Assembly (NCBI GenBank): GCA_013044065.1
Contig: JABEVA010000265.1
Location: 1 to 28,376, forward strand
Direction of reading: 5' to 3'
From: Phycisphaerae bacterium
GTDB lineage: Bacteria > Planctomycetota > Phycisphaerae > WQYP01
DNA length: 28,376 nt
Below, in pieces: positions 1-7,828 of the stretch. The position numbers and the translations under genes are program-made. Every line of letters begins with the position of its first letter. Within the stretch, counting starts at the first letter, position 1. Under the pieces are notes generated by a model that was given only the letters and a program-made list of their open reading frames with translations, was not told the DNA's origin and ran no database searches.

Positions 1-23
1 ACGGTGGTGCAGCCTCGCCCACC

Positions 24-63
24 GGCGGCATCGAGCAAGGCTTAGGCCCTGGCCGAATTTTGC
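24..63. repeat. Two motifs (24-42 and 46-63) repeated in the moxR-hflX intergenic region
   Basis: GGCGGCATCGAGCAAGGCT (24-42) vs 12841-12859 is 18/19 identical. GCCCTGGCCGAATTTTGC (46-63) vs 12718-12735 is 17/18 identical. Confidence 0.75.
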
Positions 64-87
64 CAAGAGGCCGGGTGCCATTATAAC
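60..87 (+). promoter_or_regulatory. Putative sigma70-type promoter of the MFP-RND operon
   Basis: TTGCCA (60-65), 16-nt spacer, TATAAC (82-87); AGGAG (109-113) lies 8 nt before ATG 122. Motif match by eye only. Confidence 0.6.
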
Positions 88-121
88 ATTCTCAGACTTT
101 TTGATTTCAGGAGTTGGCTTC

Positions 122-1243
122 ATGCCCTCAAAACATGCAAAACTCCAGACGCTCCTGGGGCGCTCTGTCCGCATCGCGCTGATGTTGTTGATGGTTCTGG
201 TGGTGGTGGCCCTTATCCTATGGCTCATGGGGGTGCTAAGAACCAAAATTCTCCCCGGATCAGTCTCCGGCCACTCAGCAGCCCCCGCTCGACCACTGAC
301 CGCGGCAGTCCGCAGGCTTACCTTGTCCCGCACCATGTCGGCGGTGGGTACGATTCGCGCCATTCACCCGGTAACCATCGCCTCGCGTATCGTTGGCCGT
401 GTGATTTGGACCAATCTCGAAGTTGGTGCGGCTTTGCATAAGGGCCAGGTCATCGTACGACTGGACGACCGCAATCTTAAAGCGCAACTGGCTCAGGCGG
501 TGGCGGCGGTGCGCCTGGCACGCGCCCAATTGCATCAGGCACGCATCGATCAAAGACGGGATAAAACTCTGTTGGCCACTGGAGACGTTACACCAGCAAG
601 CATGGATCTGGCCGACACCGGCGTGGCCACGGCACAGGCCGGGGTGGCCCGGGCCTTGGCCGCCAGCCAATCCGCTAAAACCGTGCTGGCCTACGCCACC
701 ATTCATTCGCCGGTCAACGGCATCGTACGCCAAAAGATGATCAGTGCAGGAGACACGGTGTTGCCGGGTACGCCTTTGGCCCGTATATACAATCCACGGC
801 GTATGCAGCTTGCCGCGGTGGTGCAGGAATCTCTGGCCGACCGATTGCATCCCGGCGAAATTTTGCGTCTGCGTCTGGAAGGTTTGAAGGTGCTGTTAAA
901 AGCGCGCGTCCGGCAGATTGTTCCGCGTGTGCAGTCGCAAAGCCGCACTTTTATCGTCAAGGCTGCCGCAGCTTTTCCCGCCGGTATCTGGCCCGGCATG
1001 TATGGAACCCTTCTGGTGCCCGTCGGTGCCGAGCATCCGCTGGTGATTCCCGCCGCGGCCATCACCCACGTGGGGCAACTGGCTTTGGTGCAGGTCTTAG
1101 CAGGAAACCGTTTGCTTCGGCAAGTGGTGCAACCCGGACGGCATATTGGACAGTGGCGGGAAATCTTATCCGGGCTGCGCTTGGGCCAGCGTGTGGTCAT
1201 GCCACCCGGCTCCGCACCGACCGTGCCGGAGGCTCACCCATGA
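122..1243 (+). CDS. RND efflux periplasmic adaptor (membrane fusion protein), ~373 aa
   Basis: N-terminal TM anchor, lipoyl-like IASRIVGRV...V.VG..LHKGQVIVRLD, alpha-helical hairpin, IHSPVNGIV, C-terminal IPAAAI...G and ILSGL..GQRVV. ATG 122 chosen for its AGGAG RBS (ORF track starts at 101). The stop overlaps the next start (ATGA 1240-1243). Confidence 0.92.
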   Translation: MPSKHAKLQTLLGRSVRIALMLLMVLVVVALILWLMGVLRTKILPGSVSGHSAAPARPLTAAVRRLTLSRTMSAVGTIRAIHPVTIASRIVGRVIWTNLEVGAALHKGQVIVRLDDRNLKAQLAQAVAAVRLARAQLHQARIDQRRDKTLLATGDVTPASMDLADTGVATAQAGVARALAASQSAKTVLAYATIHSPVNGIVRQKMISAGDTVLPGTPLARIYNPRRMQLAAVVQESLADRLHPGEILRLRLEGLKVLLKARVRQIVPRVQSQSRTFIVKAAAAFPAGIWPGMYGTLLVPVGAEHPLVIPAAAITHVGQLALVQVLAGNRLLRQVVQPGRHIGQWREILSGLRLGQRVVMPPGSAPTVPEAHP

Positions 1244-4200
1244 ATGACACGGCACCGCCGGATGCGCAACAATTTTCGATGCTGGAGCGGCTGGTACGTA
1301 TATTTTTACGGTCCAACCTTTCCGTAGTGCTTATTTTGCTGGCCACGCTCCTGGGTATTGGCGCACTGCTGATTACACCCAAAGAGAAAGACCCGCAAAT
1401 TTTGGTTCCCATGGTGGACGTTTACGTGAACTTTCCCGGCCATTCCGCCAAAAGCGTGGAACAACTGGTCACCACGCCTTTGGAACAACTGCTTTATCAG
1501 ATTCATGGCGTGGAATACGTCTATTCGACCAGCAGCCGCGGGCAAAGCATGGTCACCGCCCGTTTTTACGTGGGGCAGGACGTTCAGCGCAGTTTGGTCA
1601 AGGTCTATCGAAAAATTCAAGGTCATCTGAGTCTGGTTCCTGCGGGTGTTACCGGCTGGGTCATCAAACCGGAAACTATCAATGATGTGCCCGTCGTCAC
1701 GCTGACACTCAGCAGTTCAAAGGCCTCCGCCGTAACTCTAAGGCAAACGGCGGTGGAGCTTTCCAGCCGTCTGGCCGCCCTGCCCAATATTTCACGCTGC
1801 TACGTGATCGGTGGACGCCCACGCGTCATCTATGCCTATCTCAATCCCGCCACGCTGCGGGCTTACCATCTAACACCGTTGGCCATCGATCGCGATATTC
1901 AAGCCGCGGATGTCACGCGAATGGCGGGCAGCTACAAACGCAACAACATGCAGGTTCGGGTACTGGCAGGCACGGCTTTGGCCAACGCCCGGCAATTGGG
2001 CCGGCTGGTGGTGGCGGTACACCATCAACACCCCGTCTATTTGCGCAACGTCGCCCACATCGTGGATGGTCCGGCGGAAGTACATTCCTACGTATGGCAT
2101 CAGTGGGGCATGGCCGCCAACGTGCCGGAAGTTTATGGGTTTCCCGGAACCACTCTGGATTTTTCCGGCTTGCACCGTGTTAATGCGCCGGCCAACCCGG
2201 CCGTGACCATTGCCGTCGCCAAAAAAGCCGGCAGCAATGCCGTTTGGGTGGCCAACGATGTAATCGCCAAAGCCCGAAAGCTATCCCGTACGATTGTGCC
2301 TTCCGACATCCGGGTGGTGGTGACACGCAACAGCGGTTTGTCCGCCAGTGAAAAGATCAATGGCCTGGTGGAGGGTTTGCTGGTAGCCATCATCATTGTC
2401 TTGGTTCTGCTGACCATTGGCCTGGGCTGGAGGGAAGCGCTGGTCGTGGCCGCCGCCATTCCGGTGGTATTCGGCCTGACCCTGACCTTCAACCTGATGC
2501 TGGGTTTTACCATCAATCGGGTCACGCTTTTTGCCCTGATTCTTTCCTTAGGACTGCTGGTGGATGATCCGATTGTGGATGTGGAAAATATCTCTCGCCA
2601 TTTTGCGTTGGAGAACAAAGCCGACCGGCTCATTACCCTGCGGGCGATTTCCGAAATTCTCCCGCCGGTGATCGTGGCCACCCTGGCCGTTATCATTTCC
2701 TTCATACCTATGTTTTTTATTAGCGGAATGATGGGGCCGTACATGCAGCCGATGGCCTTTAATGTGCCGGTGGCTATGATTATGTCCCTGTTGGTATCCG
2801 TTACCATCACGCCCTGGCTTAGCTATCATGTTTTAAGGCATAACCACCGCACCACCCATGAACAGGCATTGGCCGAGCAGGGCGAACCACAGGCTACCCG
2901 CGCTCTCACCCACACCGCGCGCTACCGCATATTTCGGCCACTCATGTCACCCCTGCTCAATTATCGCCTCGCCCGATGGGCATTTATCTTGGCCGTGGCG
3001 GCGGTTACTGTGGCGGCCGTGGCGCTGCCGGCACTGCGCATGGTACCCCTGAAAATGCTGCCCTTTGGCAATCAAAGTAATCTGCTTATTGTGGTGCATA
3101 CCCCCCGCGGCACCACGTTGCAAACCACCGATGCGGTCACGCAGGCCCTGGTGCGACGGTTGCGGCGTGTCAACGAGGTGGCCGACATTACCAGTTATGT
3201 CGGCACCGCTGCCCCCATGGATTTTAACGGTATGGTACGCCACTACTTTATCCGCAAGAATCCCAATGATGCCCAGATCAGCGTGGATCTGGCCGGGAAA
3301 AAAGTCCGCGCCATGCAGACCCACGCCATCGCACTGCGGCTTGGCCACCAGCTTACCCTCATCGCTAAAGCCTATCATGCGCGAATTCAAATTGTCGAGG
3401 CTCCCCCTGGGCCTCCTGTTCTCGACACCATTGTCGGAGAAATTCATGGTTCCCCTTTGGTGAGTTACCATGAAATGCAACTGGCTGCCCGCACCCTGCG
3501 CCATCGGTTGCTCCTCGAGCCGGATGTGGTGGATGTGGATGATAGTGTGGAAGCCCCCGAAAGACAGATGGTTTTTGTAACCGACAAACGCAAGGCCGCC
3601 CTCAATGGCGTCTCCACTCAGGAAATTGCCGACACCCTTAAAATCGCTTTGGCGGGACAGGTCGCCGGCCTCATTCACGCCCCCCGTCAGCGTGAACCGC
3701 TGCAGATTATTCTGCGATTTCCCATCGCCCGCCGATCCAGCCCGGCGGATTTGTCGAAAATTTTTGTACGGGGTGCCGATGGTGCCATGATTCCGCTTTC
3801 CGAGCTTGGCGCTTGGAAGCAAAATTGGGTGGGTCAGACGATCTACCATAAGGACCTTCGCCGCATTGTCTACGTCTACGCAGACACTGCCGGTCGTCCT
3901 CCTGTCAACGCTATTCTGGATACCCAGGCGGATCGTCTGCCCGATGGTTCAACGCCTGCCATTGCCGGTATGACGCCCGTCGGTGCCGGATGGACCCATC
4001 AGGTCCCCCCCCGCCCACTTTCCCAGAGATCCTTTTTCCACGATGGATCCGGCATTGCCTGGCAGTTACCACCCGGCCTGCACGTCAATTTCGCCGGTGA
4101 AGGCGAATGGCGCATCACCATCAATGTGTTCCGCGATTTGGGAATCGCCTTTGCCGCGGCCATGGTGGGCATCTATATTCTGTTGGTGGCCCAGATGGGA

Positions 4201-4677
4201 TCCTTTCTGCTGCCACTGATTATCATGCTCGCTATTCCTTTAACGATCCCAGGGGTCATGCCTGGATTCTGGCTTTTAAATCTTGTAGCCGCACACGATG
4301 TCGGCGGCTACCGCAACTCCATATTTTTTACGGCCACCGCCATGATTGGAATGATCGCCCTGGCCGGTATCGTCACCCGCAATTCCGTCATTTTGATCGA
4401 CTTTATCCATCGCTCTCTGGCCCGCGGACTAAATCTCCACGATGCCATTATTGAAAGCGTGGTGGTGCGTATGCGACCGATCTTGCTGACCGCCGGAGCC
4501 GCCATGCTTTCTTCCGTTCCAATTCTTACCGACCCCATTTTTTCCGGTCTGGCGTGGTCGCTGATTTTTGGCTTATTGGCCTCCACCGCCTTTACTCTTT
4601 TTGTGATACCCGTCACGTATTGGATCATCTTCGCCCATAAACCAGGCCATGGCCTGCCGGTGGAAACGGACGGCTAA
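1240..4677 (+). CDS. RND efflux permease (AcrB/AcrD/AcrF-type), ~1145 aa
   Basis: Two large periplasmic loops with ~12 TM segments; TM4 GLLVDDPIVDVENI, TM10 GIVTRNSVILIDF, TM11 RMRPILLT. Start at ATG 1240 is coupled to the MFP stop. Confidence 0.93.
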   Translation: MNDTAPPDAQQFSMLERLVRIFLRSNLSVVLILLATLLGIGALLITPKEKDPQILVPMVDVYVNFPGHSAKSVEQLVTTPLEQLLYQIHGVEYVYSTSSRGQSMVTARFYVGQDVQRSLVKVYRKIQGHLSLVPAGVTGWVIKPETINDVPVVTLTLSSSKASAVTLRQTAVELSSRLAALPNISRCYVIGGRPRVIYAYLNPATLRAYHLTPLAIDRDIQAADVTRMAGSYKRNNMQVRVLAGTALANARQLGRLVVAVHHQHPVYLRNVAHIVDGPAEVHSYVWHQWGMAANVPEVYGFPGTTLDFSGLHRVNAPANPAVTIAVAKKAGSNAVWVANDVIAKARKLSRTIVPSDIRVVVTRNSGLSASEKINGLVEGLLVAIIIVLVLLTIGLGWREALVVAAAIPVVFGLTLTFNLMLGFTINRVTLFALILSLGLLVDDPIVDVENISRHFALENKADRLITLRAISEILPPVIVATLAVIISFIPMFFISGMMGPYMQPMAFNVPVAMIMSLLVSVTITPWLSYHVLRHNHRTTHEQALAEQGEPQATRALTHTARYRIFRPLMSPLLNYRLARWAFILAVAAVTVAAVALPALRMVPLKMLPFGNQSNLLIVVHTPRGTTLQTTDAVTQALVRRLRRVNEVADITSYVGTAAPMDFNGMVRHYFIRKNPNDAQISVDLAGKKVRAMQTHAIALRLGHQLTLIAKAYHARIQIVEAPPGPPVLDTIVGEIHGSPLVSYHEMQLAARTLRHRLLLEPDVVDVDDSVEAPERQMVFVTDKRKAALNGVSTQEIADTLKIALAGQVAGLIHAPRQREPLQIILRFPIARRSSPADLSKIFVRGADGAMIPLSELGAWKQNWVGQTIYHKDLRRIVYVYADTAGRPPVNAILDTQADRLPDGSTPAIAGMTPVGAGWTHQVPPRPLSQRSFFHDGSGIAWQLPPGLHVNFAGEGEWRITINVFRDLGIAFAAAMVGIYILLVAQMGSFLLPLIIMLAIPLTIPGVMPGFWLLNLVAAHDVGGYRNSIFFTATAMIGMIALAGIVTRNSVILIDFIHRSLARGLNLHDAIIESVVVRMRPILLTAGAAMLSSVPILTDPIFSGLAWSLIFGLLASTAFTLFVIPVTYWIIFAHKPGHGLPVETDG

Positions 4678-4716
4678 CCAGACGAATTTCAACCCTTTGC
4701 CATGCTTGACCAGGTT

Positions 4717-5754
4717 TTAGCTGCCGGGCAGCACTCCATGCTCTGCCAACCATTCGCTGATGACCGGTGCAATGTGTCGCTGAAGCTCGGCATTGGCATA
4801 ACCGCACCAATGCACGCCCGTATGCACATCCAGCGGGGCATCCAGCGCTCGACCGAAGCCATCGGTGAGAATGACACCCGCCCTGGCTGCCACCAACGCA
4901 CCTGCCACATCGTACGGATGACATTCCAGGCCATGCGCCATGGCCTGCCCGCGGCCGCGCAAGGCCGCGTAGAAAAGAGGCCGCAAATCGCAGCAAAACC
5001 GGTCTCGGCCAAGCATAAGTTCCACCATCTGTCCTCCCGTGGTAATGTATTGGTCTTCAAAAACACTCGCCATTCCCGGCTCCACCGCACCCAGAGTCCT
5101 CTCTACAATGCGCTCCATCAGAGAGGATGCAAGTATTTTCGTCCCCGGAAAAAAGTTGGATACCTGACCAAATCCATTGCGCAGCGTCACGGCTTGGCTC
5201 GGCTTTACCTCCAGCGGAACCGCCCGGTTGTTCTCCAAGTTCACCCGCACCGCCGCAAACGCACCGTCTCGCGGTGCGGCAAACATGTCGGCCAGCCACT
5301 GTTTGGATGGAGGCAGTTCCACCATCACTGCGGCTAGGGCATCGGCAAGGGTTGACGCTCGACCATCCCTGCGTCGAATCGGACACACCGCCGCCAGAAA
5401 CCACGCCGAGCGTTTGTCGTACATGATGTTGCGCGTGCCATCGATCGGATCAATGATCAGCCGATATTTCAGATCCCCTTGAGCCGAGCCAATGCGCCGC
5501 GTTCCGGTTTCACCCAGACCTTCCATCACCAGTTCCAGGGGCAAGCACACCGCCGGCCAGGAAGTAATGTTTTGCTCGACAACATCCTCCACGTGCCGGT
5601 CAATCTGGAAGATGGTGTCCCCGCCCTCTTGGGCCACAGGTCGCGCCATGAGTTCCAAATCCAGCCCGCCGGCACGAGCCGAAGCCAGTTTGCCACGCAC
5701 CGCTGCCCCCAGTTCCAGCAGCAAGGCGGGCCACAGGCCCGTTAAATCAGCCAT
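4717..5754 (-). CDS. Inositol monophosphatase/FBPase (FIG) superfamily metal-dependent phosphatase, substrate unknown, 345 aa
   Basis: Metal-binding motifs VMEG, IIDPIDGT and HPYDVAG (W-D equivalent), plus a C-terminal GVILTD..G. Confidence 0.8.
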   Translation of the reverse strand: MADLTGLWPALLLELGAAVRGKLASARAGGLDLELMARPVAQEGGDTIFQIDRHVEDVVEQNITSWPAVCLPLELVMEGLGETGTRRIGSAQGDLKYRLIIDPIDGTRNIMYDKRSAWFLAAVCPIRRRDGRASTLADALAAVMVELPPSKQWLADMFAAPRDGAFAAVRVNLENNRAVPLEVKPSQAVTLRNGFGQVSNFFPGTKILASSLMERIVERTLGAVEPGMASVFEDQYITTGGQMVELMLGRDRFCCDLRPLFYAALRGRGQAMAHGLECHPYDVAGALVAARAGVILTDGFGRALDAPLDVHTGVHWCGYANAELQRHIAPVISEWLAEHGVLPGS

Positions 5755-5834
5755 GCCAGACCGCGTCAGAATACACCTCTACCATCGGCCCCAGCCGATC
5801 TTTCCGGCACCCAACCGACTTGGCTCTTAAGAGT

Positions 5835-7664
5835 CTATTGCCCCTGCTGGCCCGGCGCATCCGGGGGCGGCGGTGGCTGCTGGCCGTTCATCATGGACAT
5901 CATCACCATCATCATCAGCGCCCGACCATCGGCGGCCAAGGCCGTTAATTGAGCCGTCGGAATAAACAATTGCCCGGCAACTTGGCTGCCCCTGGTCCCC
6001 ACGCTCATGGTCATCGGACCGGCCGGAGCCGCGCCGGCCTGCGCCGGCGCTGCGCCTGCATTGGCCGCAGACATCCGAGCCATAGCCAATCTCACCCATG
6101 AGTCCAACGGCAAATAGGCCACTATTTGCGGATGTGGCAATACGTGTGCTGCCTGGGCCGTAATTTCCGGCTGCCCATCCAAAACGTCCTGCCTCATCCG
6201 CACCGCCGTTACAGCGTTCGCCAATTCGCCCCGGCTGGTGTTAATACCGCCGACTAAGTCCGTCTTATTCACGGCTCCCAGATCAATCTTGGTACCGTGA
6301 CGGCCATAGATGGCTGCGATCGTGCTCTGCACCATGGGGGACTGCGGCAAGGCCGGATAAACGTGCATGATCATACGATCAAAATTCACACCATCCAAAA
6401 CAAAGGCGTTGGGCTGCAGCTTCACTGAAATATTCCCGTTGGGAAGGGTCATACCCGTGGACCCATACATACGCTCAAGGTTGGTCATGTTTGCCGCAAG
6501 CGCCGCCGCCGCACTACCGCTCGTCTGCTGCACCAATACGCCATGCATCAATGCGTCTTTCGCGCCGGCGGGGGCCATCAGATCAAACGCTGTGACGACA
6601 TTTCCCGCCGCGGCCAGGGTCGCAAGATTCGTCTGTATCTGCTGCTGAGCCTTGGCCATCCCCGAAAGTCTGTCAATGGCCGGATCCTGCACCGCCTTAG
6701 CCACAAGTTTCTCCAACCATCCAGCCAATGGCTTCCCATTGGTCATCATCGCCCCCGCCGCTAGAAAGCGTCCCCCCGGCAAACCCACCAGCGGGTTGCC
6801 AGGCAGTTGCGGTTGACCCGCAATCAGTGTGGCCACTGCACTGCCGGGTTCGGCATCGAGGGCCACTTTCAGCGCCAAGCCAGATGGCATGATATTCGCC
6901 GTAAATAACACCGCATGGCTTTCCCGGATCACCTGTTTTAATGCGCGAAATTCCATATCCAAGGTCAGCATGGTTATCGTGCCGGAGTTGGACTTTCCCA
7001 CTCTGTGGCGTACCTGGACCATCATGCCGGGCAGTACCCCGTTCAACTTGGCCACGATCTGCTTGCGTACCGTCGGCAAGTTCACATAACACGCCAAATC
7101 TGCCGCACCAATGCTTTTGGCATCTGCGGGGCTGAGTCCTTTCATACCCCAGGCACCCGCAGCCAGATAAGCCTGTAGTGCCGACCGATGCTGGGCCAGT
7201 ACCGCAAAGGCCCCGTGCCGAGCCACGTAACCGGGAGAACCATCGGGAGCACTAATCGTGTGGATTCCCCGGGCATCAGCCTTGGAAAGACTGTCTGCCG
7301 CAAAGGCGGCGTGCAGGTGGGCTATCGGAAACAACACCACCATCGGATGCCGATGGCCCAATGTGGGCTGTAAAAAAACCACCCCGGCTGAACCATGTTC
7401 ATCCAAGCCGGCACCGATACCCATGCTTTGTTCCATCATGGAAAGCGGATCGTTGGTAACCGGCAGGTTCATTTTTCCCTCGAGGGCCTTAATTTTGTGG
7501 TCCACTGCGGCCAGGTTGTTCATCACCATACACATGCGAGCGTTGGCTGGAACTTGATCGAGGATGCCCGCCGCACGAGCACTTGCGCCGGAGGCCAAAA
7601 AAATACTTGCCGCCGCCACACAAGTACCCGCAACCACACCAACTTTTGCTGGACGTGAAAACAT
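5835..7664 (-). CDS. Secreted hypothetical protein (paralog 1 of tandem pair), 609 aa, with Met-rich and Pro/Gln C-terminal tail
   Basis: Long ORF with GGAG RBS (7670-7673) and a Sec-type signal peptide ending ASARA. Clear similarity to the 7829-9634 product. No catalytic motif recognised. Confidence 0.85.
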   Translation of the reverse strand: MFSRPAKVGVVAGTCVAAASIFLASGASARAAGILDQVPANARMCMVMNNLAAVDHKIKALEGKMNLPVTNDPLSMMEQSMGIGAGLDEHGSAGVVFLQPTLGHRHPMVVLFPIAHLHAAFAADSLSKADARGIHTISAPDGSPGYVARHGAFAVLAQHRSALQAYLAAGAWGMKGLSPADAKSIGAADLACYVNLPTVRKQIVAKLNGVLPGMMVQVRHRVGKSNSGTITMLTLDMEFRALKQVIRESHAVLFTANIMPSGLALKVALDAEPGSAVATLIAGQPQLPGNPLVGLPGGRFLAAGAMMTNGKPLAGWLEKLVAKAVQDPAIDRLSGMAKAQQQIQTNLATLAAAGNVVTAFDLMAPAGAKDALMHGVLVQQTSGSAAAALAANMTNLERMYGSTGMTLPNGNISVKLQPNAFVLDGVNFDRMIMHVYPALPQSPMVQSTIAAIYGRHGTKIDLGAVNKTDLVGGINTSRGELANAVTAVRMRQDVLDGQPEITAQAAHVLPHPQIVAYLPLDSWVRLAMARMSAANAGAAPAQAGAAPAGPMTMSVGTRGSQVAGQLFIPTAQLTALAADGRALMMMVMMSMMNGQQPPPPPDAPGQQGQ

Positions 7665-7732
7665 ACGATCTCCATTTTGTAGGATGTATAACCGAAAAGC
7701 CGACCCGCTGCCGCCATTCGTAACTACCCGGC

Positions 7733-7759
7733 ATTATACCGCCGCAGCGGCATTTGCAA
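7733..7759 (-). promoter_or_regulatory. Putative promoter for the 609-aa secreted protein gene
   Basis: Minus-strand TATAAT (7738-7733) with TTGCAA (7759-7754); the 15-nt spacer is short. Confidence 0.45.
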
Positions 7760-7828
7760 GCATCTTCGAGCCGCCAATGGCCGGCCAACGTCGCAGTTCA
7801 GCGGGGCCAGCGCAACACTTGGCCGCAC

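Noticed and set aside
2947-3849. 300-aa and other minus-strand ORFs inside the RND gene; likewise 14210-15085 (+) and 18357-19010 (+) opposite known genes
   Set aside because: Shadow ORFs opposite well-supported genes.
1240-4677. RND as hopanoid transporter HpnN linked to the HpnG-like gene
   Set aside because: It has AcrB-like architecture and a cognate MFP, unlike MMPL-type HpnN, and lies more than 12 kb from the nucleosidase gene.
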